From Squalus acanthias (taxonomy: Eukaryota): DNA of 64,000 bases. Each line of letters starts with the position of its first letter. The stretch's first letter is position 1. This document shows positions 23,310-35,900 of the stretch, in pieces. Below the pieces are notes generated by a model, which saw only the letters and a list, made by a program, of their open reading frames with translations, did no database searches and had not been told where the DNA came from. The position numbers were made by a program, and so were the translations under genes. The stretch is taken from the NCBI GenBank assembly GCA_030390025.1, contig JASTWF010000070.1, positions 868,001 through 932,000 of the forward strand, written 5' to 3'.

Positions 23310-24965
23310 ATGGAGCCATAACGGCACAGAAGGAGGCCATTCGGCCCATCGGGTCCGTGCCGGCTCTCTGCGGAGCAATCCAGTCAGTCCCATTCCCCCG
23401 CTCTATCCCCGTAGCCCTGCAAGTTAATTTCCCTCAAGTGCCTGTACAGTCTCCCATTGAAAACATTGAGTGTGTCCGCTTCCACCACTTCCGTCAGCAG
23501 CGAGTTCCAGGTCCTCACCACTCGCTGCGTAAAAAAGTTTTTCCTCAAATTCCGCCTGAATTTCTTGTCCAAAACCTTACAGCTGCGTCCCCTATGGAAG
23601 CTCGTTGGTGCTCAGGTATGCTACTCGCAGTCCCGCTTCCCCCACCACCCTTGCACATGCTCATTGGGGACACTCTCTGTCCAGTGTTCTGTGGACATTT
23701 CACATGTATGATTAACCATATTCAGAATCCTTACTTGCTGATCTAGGAGCACAGGAACAGGATTAGATCCACAGTGGATTACCTCACACTCCCCCACATT
23801 GAGCGCCATATGTCATATTTCACTCAACTCACAACCTGTAAGTATACCCTTCCAATTTGTTGCTCCAATCTACACAAGTTACTGTGCCTCCTAACTTAAC
23901 ACCACCTGCAAACTGGGATATACAACTCTCTATTCCTTCATCCAACTCATTAATATATACGGTGGAAAGATTGAGGCCCCAGAACAGATCCCTGGGGAAC
24001 ATCACATTCCACATCCTGCCAATCTGAGTACCTCCTCTTTATCCCGACCCTCTGTCTGTTACTTCCCACCCAAACTCCAACCCAAATCAAAAGGCTCCAC
24101 TCAATTCCATGCGGTCTCAACTTGTCCAATAATCTTTAACGTGGAACCTTATTGAATGCCTTCTGGGAGTCCATATATATAACATCCATAGACACTCCTT
24201 TGTCTATCTGATTAGTGATCTCCTCAAGAAATGCAACTGGATAAGCCAGACATGATTTACATTTAACAAAGCCATGCTGGCCCTCTCTGATCAGCTCATA
24301 TTTGCTTCAGTGTGCAGTCACTCTATCCTTAATGACAGATTCTATTAACTTCCCCACAACTGATGTTAAACTGACAGGCCGGTAATTACCTATTTTATCT
24401 CTCCCACCCTTCTTCAGCAATCCAGTATCTGGAGCACTGTGTACAGGTTCTGGACACACCATCTCAGAAAGGATATATTAGAAGGAGTTCAGCGCAGATT
24501 CACCAGATGTTACCAGGGATCCAAGGTTTACATTACGAGGAGAGATTACAAAACTAGCCTTGTAATCCCTGGAATATCGAATGTTAAGCGGTGATTTGAT
24601 TGAGGTTCTTAGGATTTTGAAAGGAATTAATAGGGTAGATGGAGAGACATTACTCTTCCGTTGGGGGTCGTCCAGTACAATGGGGCATAAATTTAAAATT
24701 AAGAAATTCAGTAGTGAATTCAGGAGAATCCTTTCATACCCAGAGAGTGCTGAGAATGTGGAACTCACTACCATATGGAATAGTTGACTCGAATGGCAGA
24801 GAAGTATTTAAGGGGAAGCTCGATGAGTACTTGAGGGACAAAGGAATAGAAGATATGTGGATGGAGTGAGATGAAATAGGAAGGGAGGAGGCTCGTGTGG
24901 CTCATAAACAGCGCCATAGACCAGTTGGGCTGAATGGTCTGTTTGTGCTGTACATTCTATGTAAT
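23310..24965. mobile_element. Decayed CR1 fragments in both orientations (paralogous block at ~39545-41220)
   Basis: Translated RT words (FFTQRVVRTWNSL, INELDEGIES.ISQFA, LSGDLIEVLRILKG). Confidence 0.8.
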
Positions 24966-25343
24966 CCACTCAATGTCCCTTTAAGTGCTGAGAAAAGGCG
25001 GATCATTGTTAGCTTGTGGCAGCATTTCATGTTTATTAAGAGCTGTGTTACACAAGTTCCCAATCACAATAGGGTCACAGACTAACGGGAAATCTGTCCC
25101 CATTCTACACACAGCGAAAGTTTACACACAAGATATTGGGGACAGTTGTACAGAAAGTTCCATCTCACAAAGCTGGACAATCATTTCAGTCACTTCTGAT
25201 ATTATTGAACATTCGGATTTGCCAAAAACTGAAATTGCTACAGCGATTAAATTGCCAAAATGGCGGATTGCACACATCGAATGATCTGTTTCATTACATT
25301 AAACACAAGCAAAAATCAAACACTACTGCCAACTCTCACCGCC

Positions 25344-25672
25344 TCAGTCGGAACACGAGGAGGCGCTGATGGTCTTCAGAAGAAACGAGCTCAGGGAGCC
25401 GTGGCTGACGCTGCAGGAATAGCTGGAGCCCTTGTTCCAGGCGGCGGCGGGGACTCTCAGGTAACTGCTCAGGCTGCAGGTTTGATCGCTGTCCGGGGAC
25501 ACGGCGCCTGTCGTCACTCCGCTGTCTGTCTCTTGGCCATCCACGCTCCAGCGGAGCCGCACCAAACCCGGCTTAAAGCGACTGACCAGGCAGGACAGAG
25601 TGGCCGTTCCCGAGCCGATTTCGTCCGAGGAGGGAGGGAGGAGAAGAGCCGAGGGGCTTCGATCCTCGCTGC
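25344..25672 (-). CDS. Light-chain constant exon, cluster 2
   Basis: Both core Cys, the core Trp and the C-terminal interchain Cys (SSCSD*) are present; acceptor cacacag. Confidence 0.95.
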
Positions 25673-28600
25673 CTGTGTGTGGGGGGAGAGAAAATTCATT
25701 AGCTTATGAAATCCGTCAGCAGTGGGACTCTCTGATCTGAAATCAAAGACGCCAAAGTACCCCCGAACAACATTCACTTTAAAATAAATTACTGATTAAT
25801 ACAGGAGTTCCAATAAATTCTTAAATCTCTAATTCCGCTGCTCCTCTGCCAATTCATCTGCCTACATTACAACAGTGACTTGGTTCAAAAGTACTTCATT
25901 CTTTCTTTCTTTATTTCATTCTTCCGGAATTTTTTGAAAACTAAACACAGAAAATGTTAGAAAATGCTGGAAATACCGACCGGGTCTGTCAGCATGTGTG
26001 AGGCGGAAAGATCAGTAACTGACCAGTTCAGGTGCAGGTTACACCCCCGGAACCGCACTAACCTGTCTGTTCCCGTTACAGACACTGACCGACCGGCCGT
26101 GTATTCCCAGCATTTTCTGTTTTTGTTTAATTTCCTGCAATTGCAGTATTTTTTGCTTTTTACTTGAATATAATAAAGCGTTTGATTGTCTTAAAATCCG
26201 TTAAGTGTTAACTTTAAAGTGCTGAAATCACGGAGCAGTGAACCGCTTTTCACCGAGAGACCACATTATCTTCTGATATCTCAAACTGATGCAGCCCTTT
26301 CAAAGAGCCGCCACAGACACGATGGGCCGAATGGCCTCCTTCTGTGCTGTATCATTCCATAAGATTCCGGAAGTTTTTTTTTGCGATTCATATTTATGTG
26401 GAATTGCGAGTTCGAAACTGATCGGCTTTAAATGTTGCCGGAAAGAAAATTGAGCCGTGTCTGTTACCGGGTATTGAAGAGCTCACTGAATAAAGAGAGG
26501 ACATTGTACACGGGCTGGGAATTAATGTAGTGACTCTGCCTCATAATATTGTAAATGCTTTACATAGAATTACACAGAATATGCAGCACAGAAACAGACA
26601 ATCGTCCCAACCAATCAATGTCGCCGTTTATGCTCCACTCCAGCCTCCTCGCATCCTTCCACATCTAACTCTATCAGCATAACCCTCTATTCCCTTCTCC
26701 CTCATGTGCTTATCTAGCCTCCCCTTAAATCTATACTATTCTCCTCATTCAATCCGTGTTGTAGTGAATTCAACATTCTCACCACTCTCTGGGTAACAAA
26801 ATCCCTATTTGATTTCTTGTTGTTATCTTATATTGATGGCTTCCAGTTTTGATCTTCCCCACCAGTGGAAACATTCTCTATGTGTCTGCACTATCAAAAC
26901 GTTTCATAATTTTAAAGACGTCTATTCGGTCACCCCTCAGCCTTCTCTTTCCCCGCTTTGATGAAGGCTTTTCACTGTTCGATATTTCTAGTAAAAAGGG
27001 AACCAAGGAATGTAAAAGATTCTCGCTACAGAGGCAAGTAAGAATTCCTGCGCGTGAACTGATTTCTGTCTCGGGATCAGCTCAGTCTCGCTGGTCCCGG
27101 AGCGATCCGTTCAACACAGGGCGGTAGCGGGTCCCGACAGATCAACCCAGGAGAATCGGCGCTATCCCCGGGGGGACACTGGACAGGGCGAGTCAGCAGA
27201 CACAGCCTGGGGGAGGGAGAGGGTCAGCAACGAGAGAATGAGGTGGAGAGAACGCTCCCTTCAACAAGCATCACCCAGTCTCACTCACACACACGGCGCT
27301 GGTCAGTAATTGTTATTGCGCCGCTCCACGGTAAAGCGGCGGTTCTGCTCTATAAACAGCGGGGAGATTGCAAATAATGACCTGAGACAGATTAAATATC
27401 GCAGCACGAAATTCACAATAAAACCAGTCCCGGCAAACGAATATATAACCCGATTATTCCCGGTGTTTCTGGCGACAGGGAGTCGATCCAACCGGTTGTG
27501 TGCTGGGACAGCGGGTCGCGGGTGGGTCCTCTCTCTCTCCAAGCCCAGAGCCGGACACCCGACGGCTGCGGTCAGGGGGACAATACGCCACAGGAATAAA
27601 ACCAGCAGCAACATTGAAAGTTGTAAATGACGGTAAATGGGTTTGGATTCCCCGGGATCTCTCCCGCCGGCTCCGAGCAATCTATTTAAAATCGGGCGGT
27701 GCCGACTCTGGACAATAGGAATAATTCCACATACACATAGAGAAGAAGTAAGGGACAGCATAGAATCATACAGCACAGAAGGAGGCCATTCGACCCATCG
27801 TGCCAGTGCCGGGCCTTTGAATGAGCTCTCCAATCAGTCCCACTCCCCTGCTCTTTCCGCGAGGCCCTCCAATTTTCTCCTGTTCAAGTCTCAGTGTAAC
27901 TTAGTGACATATGCAGTGTCCACTGTCAGAACTACACAGTGTAGCTCAGAACTTTCCTCTCTCTCTCTCTGTCTATATCTCTTGCCGCACCCGAATGATA
28001 CCGGCGCTGAGAGGGTTAAATTACGAGGACCGGTTGCATAAACTTGGCTTGTATTCCCTTGAGTTTAGAAGATTCAGGGGTGATCTGATCGAGGTGTTTA
28101 AAATGTGAAAAAGGATTCGATCGGGTCAACACAGAGAAACGATTTCCTCCCGTCGGGGAATCAAGAACCAGGGGAGATCAACTTAAAATTAGAGCCCGGC
28201 CATTGAGGAGGGAAGCACTTTTTCACACAGGCTCGAGTGGCTGAATGGCCTCCTCCTGTTCCTATGTCACAACTTTATCAATCAGTTCTCCTATGAGGAC
28301 ATTCAGCCCATCGTGCCAGTGCCGGCTCTTTGAATAGAGCTCTCCAATTATTCCCACTCCCCTGCACATTCCCTAAAGCTCTGCATTTTTCCTTTTCAAG
28401 TATTTATCCAATTCCCTTTTGAAAGTTACTATTGAATCTGCTTCCATCTTCCTTTCAGGTAGCGCGTTCCAGATCACAACAACTCGCTGCGTAAAAAGAA
28501 CACTTCTCCTCATCTCTCCTATTGAATGGGAGCAGGAAATGGTGTCAAACTTCATTTCAGCGCAGCATTATTCCCCGCTGCGCTTCAAAAATTCCAATTC

Positions 28601-29293
28601 TGACCAGTTTAACATTTTTTGGGTATAAATAGATCCAACAGCAAAATTCACTGAATCGAGATTTCTCTGGCGCCCGGGAATGAAAGCGACTGTAAATTAA
28701 TAATAATTGAAACAATGTGAATGATAGAATGAGAGAGTCACTTACTCTTTACACTCAGGGCGGTCCCCGGTCCGAAGAAGTATCCCGTGTCCCACACAGC
28801 ACAGTAATAGACGGCGGAGTCACCGGGCACCAGGGTTCCGATGGTCAGAATGTAACTGTTACCGGAGGCGTCTCTGGAAGATTGAAAACGGCATGTGAAG
28901 CCGGAGCCACGGTAGATGGTGCCATCATGCTTGTGATATATCAAATACACCGGAGCTTCCCCGGGTCGATGTCGGAACCATTCTACGCTTTTGCTGCCCA
29001 CAGCCCCGTTCTCCATCGCACACTGTAACCGGGCGGTCTGACCCGCGGAGACAGGATCGGATATTAGGGACTGATTGAGGACGGGAGCCGCCAGGACAGC
29101 TTCAATAAAAGAAAAAAATCAACCCATTCAGAGACTTGGAGCTAATAGGACGTTAATGCGTCAATAAACACGGAGAGAAAACCGCTCAATATTGAACCGA
29201 TTTAGTTGCGGATAAACACGTGACTGAAACCATCCGTCTCTCACCTGTTAAATGGATCAGCAGAGCCCACAGGAGATGCATCGCTGGAGCCAT
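25344..29293 (-). CDS. Germline-joined Ig light chain cluster 2 (type I/sigma-cart, NS5-like), intact
   Basis: Leader 29293-29245; VJ 29099-28746 (...YYCAVWDTGYFFGPGTALSVK); C 25672-25344 (SEDRSPSALLLPPSSDEIGSGTATLSCLVSRFKPGLVRLRW...WNKGSSYSCSVSHGSLSSFLLKTISASSCSD*). All open and in phase; AATAAA at 25037-25032. The type I assignment rests on my recollection of horned-shark type I chains. Confidence 0.92.
28746..29099 (-). CDS. Fused VJ exon, light chain cluster 2
   Basis: 354-nt open exon with C/W/C core and FGPGT J motif. Confidence 0.95.
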
Positions 29294-29408
29294 TTCCTCC
29301 GGAGAAGCGACAACAGCCACCGCTCAAATTTCCGACTGAACCGTGCGCTGTCCTGTAAACTCCGGGACTCGGTCCGGTTACAGTGTCTGCAAACCCGAGA
29401 CTCCGGGT

Positions 29409-29432
29409 CTATTTATTACCCGGTATGCAAAT
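29409..29432 (-). promoter_or_regulatory. Octamer/TATA-like promoter, cluster 2
   Basis: ATGCAAAT at 29425-29432. Confidence 0.9.
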
Positions 29433-30264
29433 GGCTGGGAGGGGCCAGGGAAAGGAAGGAGCAGATTTTTAATTCGGGTATTTTTAACTCTATTTGTGGC
29501 TGATTAAATTATTCAAATCTTAAACCTTTAATTTACAAATGTGTAATCTCGAATGGGAGTTCATGTTAGTGGAATGTTCCAAGATTTCAAAGATTTTTGC
29601 GTTTAATTAATATTTAATCTGTTCTACCTCAGAAAAATGAGGGGCGCATTGTAGAGATACGGATCAGCTGTGAATATTCCTTTGTCGGAGTAAAGAGCCA
29701 ATTTGATAAATGGAAAGAGGGAAAAAAGGCGGCATTTCACAGTCTGCCCGGATTAAAGAGAAGTTGTTCTTTTCTAGTCTGCGTCTTTAAAACTCAGGAG
29801 GCCAAATAAAACTCGGCACAATATTAATAAAATGACACCTTGCCTTTAATTTGCTGCGGGTCCGATTAATGCGCGCAGTTCCCGTTTTAAACCCTGTTCC
29901 AGTTGAATTATTAATCGGCGGAGTCAGTTGTTTCTGGGGCTCTGTGATGTTGAACACTTCCCCTGTTTGGAGTCAATCCCTAACTCCCCACACCGAGTCT
30001 TGGTTCATGTTTTTAAAAGTCAGCTTGAAACTGGTTGGTGTCAGTTACTTGAGGGCGAAAGAAAATGCATTAAATTGTTGATAATTGAGTTGTCTCAAGA
30101 TATTAGCGTGAATGGAATAATATATTTTGTTTAATAAATATCTGAATTGTATAACTGTGAAGTTGGGTATTCCTCTGCTCCTTAGAAAATCACACAGAGC
30201 GACCGGAGGGATTCTCGCCCCCTGGAGTAGCCGGCACTGAATTCGGGCAGGGATTGGTTCTCAC

Positions 30265-30508
30265 CTGGACAAGGGGCTTTTCGGTGAAGCCCAGTTGCCT
30301 GGTTCTGTTTCTGAGCTTGAACTGAGCACTGATTCCTCTGATCTGTTACAATTATTAAAGGGGCTTTGGAGCTGTGATTGCAGCTGCTCTCTCAACCTTG
30401 CACAGGGACCAAGAAGTTTGTCGCTGCTGCCACCGACACGGCTGACTGGAGAACCAATCATTGCAGAGCTCTGACCACACCGCGGACTGCACCTTGGGAA
30501 CTGTAGTT
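30265..30508 (-). promoter_or_regulatory. ZNF143/Staf-type promoter (SBS motif plus CCAAT) and candidate first exon ending at a splice donor
   Basis: The minus strand reads AACTACAGTTCCCAAGGTGCA (30508-30488). CCAAT at 30454-30458; CAG/gtgaga donor at 30265. Confidence 0.55.
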
Positions 30509-31160
30509 CCACCTTGGGCAATAGCCAAGATCAGCTCTACCTCACCCTCACCTGTCTCGACCCCACCACTCTCTCTGAATTGTCACACTGCTTGTCCGAC
30601 ATCCAGCTGTCCCGCCTGAGAGCTTAAATAAAGCGGCAGGAGCTGATGCAGTTGGTTGGGGTGGGGTTATCCCATTTATATATTTAAATCCCCCCAGCCT
30701 CACCAGCCCATCTTATTCCCATCCAAGCCCCCAGTACGTTTACCAGATCCCATTGGGGTTCAGAAATGAATTGCTCGCTCAATAAAGTATTCGAAGAGCA
30801 CTATATGTAGTTTACACAGCACCAACAACAACCTGCATTTGCACAGCGCCTTTAACGTGGTACGATGTCCCCAAGGCGCTTCTCAGGAGCGTTAATCAGA
30901 CAATATTTGACACCGAGCCACATAAGAAGATATTAGGACAGGTGACCCAAATCTTGGTCAACGAGAAAGGTTTTAAGGAGGGTCTTGAAGGTGGAGAGTG
31001 CGGCGGAGAGGTTTAGCGAAGGGCTTGGGACAGATTGGGATCCACGCAGTTTTCCAACAGTTAAAATTTGAAATGTTCAGAAATTTGGGGGGGAATCGAA
31101 CAGTGCGAGCACATTAAGTGTCCATTAGTAGCTCCCGGATTGTCCTGTCGCTTTGGAGTC

Positions 31161-32927
31161 AAGGCCGGTACTTTGATTACCTGGGCGGGTCTGGTGCGGC
31201 CGGTGTCAATGGCGGGTCGCGACTCCACTGTTGGCTCCATCCCGCTCTTGAAAATGAACTTACCTTAACGGGGCCGATGAAAGGACGCCCAGCGTGTTGC
31301 CCGGATGGAGCGGGTCTGGTAACGTCATTCATGACGCGTTTTCTCCCGGGCTCTTTAAAGGGACCATTGCCACATTACATTTGACATTTAATCTAACATA
31401 GTGCTGTCGTTGTACTACAGCATTGGAGTGCTGCAAACACTCACAATGACTGCATAGAGGCAGAGAGCTGCACCCAAGTTCTCCGATGACTCCCTCCATG
31501 TGCATATGCAGGGAGTCAGAGCACGCAGTGAGGTCCTTTTCCCTTCTGCTGGGCGGAAGAGACCTCTCCAGGATACCAAGACAGCCTAGTTGAAGATTGC
31601 AGAGGAGATCACAAGCAGGGATGTAGTTCGGAGGACCTGGGTGGAGTGTCGCTAACGTTTCAATGATCTCATTAGATCAGGAAAAGTAAATACAAAGCCA
31701 TATTCAACTGAACTTGCTGTAACTCTAATCACATCCCCATCACTCTGCCTTCCCTACCCTACTCCTGCACATCCTTACTCACACCAACAAACCTTGCATC
31801 TCCGCCCATCCCTCTCTCTCTATCTACATGGTCACAACCCAATCTCACTAGCCACCCCTCTCACTCACCCTCATCCTAATACATTCATACCAACTAACAG
31901 CACACAAGGGTAGCCGCTTGGATATTTCATCCAATGTTTATGTAAAGTTTTTGTTAATGTGGTGTCAATCATAAAATTCTTTCTTTCAACACTTTCCGGT
32001 CTTGGAGAGCTGTATGTGCACCTTTAAAAGTGGTTAATGAGTTGCAGTGAATGGTGAGACATTACTCCCAGCAATGGTGATGAGTATGAACGGAATGGCT
32101 GGGTCATTGCAGGGATGCTTTCTGGTGTTGCTGTGGGGTGGTGCCAACCGGGTGCATCATGTGGCTGCCATATGGGTGTACAGCGTAAAGTTAACCGAAT
32201 GTGGCCATAATGAGGCCATCCCTGGCCGACTGGGCAGCAATGTGTCCGGGTGCTGATGCCCTGTGTGCTGTGCAACATCAGGTGATTGTGGAGAAGTTTG
32301 GTGTTGTTGTTGGTGCTGCTGGTGTTGGGGCTCATCGGGGTCCGATTCTGAGGACCAAGGTGAGACAGTATAAATGGCACCCATGTTGATGGAATAGGTG
32401 ACAGGTGAAATACAGATGACAGAAGCATTCTGACAATGGTGAGAGAGTTCTTCCAAAGAGGTGACAATGAATGGAGACTTTGCTGGAAAGACTTGCAGCC
32501 TGCAGAATCTGTGCTGGGAATGGACTTAGCAACAGCTTCTGCCTGAGGAAAGTGATCATCTGTTATGTGACAGCTGTTACTGTACAATTCATACTGTCAA
32601 GTAATCAGCTGGATCAATGGTCACGGAACAACCGCATCAGGTTGACAGACGTGGTACCCGAGCTGCGTGGATACGGTGGCCATGCATGGAAATTTTAAAA
32701 ATGTAAGTGAAAAAGGGCTTTTAAGTGCCTGTAAACTACCTGATAATCATCTCAATTGGGTTCCCTGCCGCTGCCGGTCGGGTCGGATCCGCGATGACAG
32801 ACGCGCCTGGGGGAATGGCGTGTCGGGGCGAAATGACAGCGGGATCCTGACCCGCTATCAAAAATAATAAAATTCCCACCCGACCCGACACCGATCTCAC
32901 CCGCTATCAGCACCGAAAATTCCGGCT
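31161..32927 (+). mobile_element. PIF/Harbinger-like transposon remnant with a decayed Myb/SANT-like DNA-binding exon
   Basis: ~31464-31686 reads RAAPKFSDDSL...VLFPSAGRKRP...A*LKIAEEITSRDVVRRTWVECR*RFNDLIRSGK/gt. Imperfect TIRs (gccggtactttg / gaaaattccggc). An internally deleted paralog lies at ~20757-21092. Confidence 0.7.
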
Positions 32928-32979
32928 GGGTCTGCACCTAGTTTGAACCGACTCCAGCCGAAAGTCTAACTGCACTCTT

Positions 32980-35900
32980 AGGGGGGATTTTTCCAGGTTT
33001 TCAGCGGGCGGGATCGGTGGCGGGTCAGGAGGGAAAGTGTTTTTTTTTACAGTGGTCGGGACCCCGCTGTCAACCCGCCACCACGCGCCTTTACCAAATG
33101 TCGGATCTGTCAGCGCTGAGCAGATCCGACACGTAGCGGCGGGGGAGGCAATTCAGGTCATGATGAGTAACAGAGGAGTAACAACAATTTTGAGCTCACC
33201 TTTAGAATTTACCAGCTCGCCAACGGGGTCCATGCTGCTGAGGATCACATCTGTTAAGCTGGGCGTGAGTTGAATGGCCATGGAATCATCTCATTTCTTG
33301 ACATCTGGAAATGTGTTATAAAAGTTAAGTAAGGGCCCTTGAGTATATCACTTAATTCCAGTGTAATTGGTGGGATCCATTTAATTATAATTTAATTTTA
33401 ATTAATTAATTTATTAAAGGGTAAGTCATGGCAGGACAGCTCGGTGCTGTGACATGCTCTTCCTACGTTATGTGGGAAATCAGGGACACTTCCTGTGTCC
33501 CTGACAACCATGTGTGTGGGAAATGTATCCAGCTGCAGCGACTGACAGACCGCATTGCGGCGCTGGAGCTGCAGATGGATGCATACTGGAGCATTCGCGA
33601 TGCTGAGAACATCGTGGATATCACGTTTAGGGAGTTGGTCACACCGCAGGTAAAGGGTGTACAGGCAGGAAGGGAATGGGTGACCACCAGGCAGAGTAAT
33701 AGGCGCAGGCAGGTAGTGCAGGGGTCCCCTGTGGCCATTCCCCTCTCAAACAGATATACCGCTTTGGATATTGTTGAGGGAGATGGCTTATCACGGGAAG
33801 ACAGCAGCAGCCAACTTCCTAGCACCATAGGTGGTTCTGCTGCACAGGATGGGAGGAAAAAGAGTGGCAGAGCTATCGTGATAGGGGATTCTATTGTAAG
33901 GGGAATAGATAGGCGTTTCTGCGGCAGCAAACGAGACTCCAGGATGGTATGTTGCCTCCCTGGTGCAAGGGTCAAGGATATCTCAGAGCGGCTACAGAGC
34001 ATTTTGGAAGGGGAGGGTGAACAGCCAGTTGTCGTGGTACATATAGGTACCAACGATATAGGTAAAACACGGGATGAGGTCCTAAAAGCAGAATATAGGG
34101 AGTTAGGAGGTAAATTAAAAAATAGGACCTCAAAGGTGGTAATCTCAGGATTGCTACCAGTGCCACGTGCAAGTCAGAGTTGAAATAGAAGGATATTGCA
34201 AATGAATACGTGGCAAGAGGAATGGTGCAAGGGAGAGGGATTTAAATTCCTGGGGCATTGGAACCGGTTCTGGGGTAGGTGGGACCGGTACAAACCGGAC
34301 GTTCTACACCTGGGCAGGGCCGGGACCGATGTCCTAGGGGGAGTGTTTGCTACTGCTCTGGGGGAGGGTTTAAACCAAAATGGCAGGGGGTTGGGAACCT
34401 GAGCAGGGAGACAGAGGAAAGGGAAACAAGGATAAAAGCAAAAGATAGGAAGGAGAAAAACAAAAGTTGCAGTCAGAGAAAACAACGGTTTAAATCAAAC
34501 ATGGCCACAGTAAATATTAATTCTAATAGGTCTAAGAGCGTTAAAAAAACAAGCCTGAAGGCTTTGTGTCTTAATGCAAGGAGCATTCGGAACAAGGTGG
34601 ACGAATTAGCTGCGCAAATAGAGGTAACCGAATATGATTTGATTGGGATTACCGAAACATGGCTCCAGGGTTGCCAAGGCTGGGAACTTAATATCCAGGG
34701 GTACTCAATATTCAGGAAAGATAGGCAAAAAGGAAAGGGAGGTGGGGTAGCATTGCTGGTTAAAGAGGGGATTAACACAATTGAATGGAAGGATATTAGC
34801 TCTGATGATGTGGAATCTGTATGGGTTGAACTGAGAAATAACAAGGGGCAGAAAACGTTAGTGGGAGTGATATATAGACCTCAAAACAGTAATACGGAGG
34901 TTGGGGATGGCATTAAATGGGAAATTAGAGGGGCGTGCAATAAGGGCACAGCAGTCATCATGGGTGACTTTAATCTACATATAGATTGGGCTAACCAAAT
35001 TAGTAACAATACTATGGAGGAGGAATTCCTGGAGTGTTTACGGGATGGTTTCCTGGACCAATATGTCGAGGAACCAACTAGAGATCAGGCCATCATAGAC
35101 TGGGTATTATGCAATGAGAAAGGATTAATTAGCAATCTTGTTGTGCGTGGCCCCTTGGGTCGGAGCGATCATAATATGATAGAATTCTTCATTAGGATGG
35201 AGAGTGAAGTAGTTGACTCAGAGACTAGGGTCCTGAATTTAAATAAAGGAAACTACGATGGTATGAGGCGCGAATTGGGTAGGATTGATTGGGGAATGTC
35301 ACTCAAAGGGTTGATGGTGGAGAGGCAATGGCAAACATTCAAAGAACGTATGGACGAACTACAGAATTTGTTCATCCCAGTTTGGCATAAGAATAAAACA
35401 AAAATGTGACTCAACCATGGCGAACAAGGGAAATTAGGGATAGCATAAGATCCAAGGAGAGGGCATATAAATTGGCCAGAAAAAGCAGTAACCCTGTGGA
35501 TTGGGAGCAGTTTAAGATTCAACAAAGGAGGACAAAGGGATTAATTAAGAAGGGGTAAATAGAATACGAGAGTAAGCTTGCAGGGAACATAAAAACTGAC
35601 TGTAAAAGCTTTTATAGATATGTGAAGAGAAAAAGTTTAGTGAAATCAAGCATAGGTCCCTTGCAGTCAGAATCAGGGGAACTTATAATGGGGAACAAAG
35701 AAATGTCAGTCCAATTAAATACATATTTTGGTTCTGTCTTCACAAAGGAGGACAGAAATAACCTCCCAGAGATGTTGGGGAACATAGGGTCTGATGAAAG
35801 GGAGGAACTGAAAGAAATCAGTATTTGTAGGGAAATGCTGTTAGGGAAATTGAAGGGATTGAAGGCCGATAAATCCCCAGGGCCTGATAATTTACATCCT

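Noticed and set aside
25344-29293. Calling the clusters lambda (type II) because they are germline-joined
   Set aside because: The sequence (PVLNQSP.SDP.SAG, SEDR.PS.LLLPPSS, CSD*) fits my recollection of type I/sigma-cart chains better; a phylogeny is needed to confirm.
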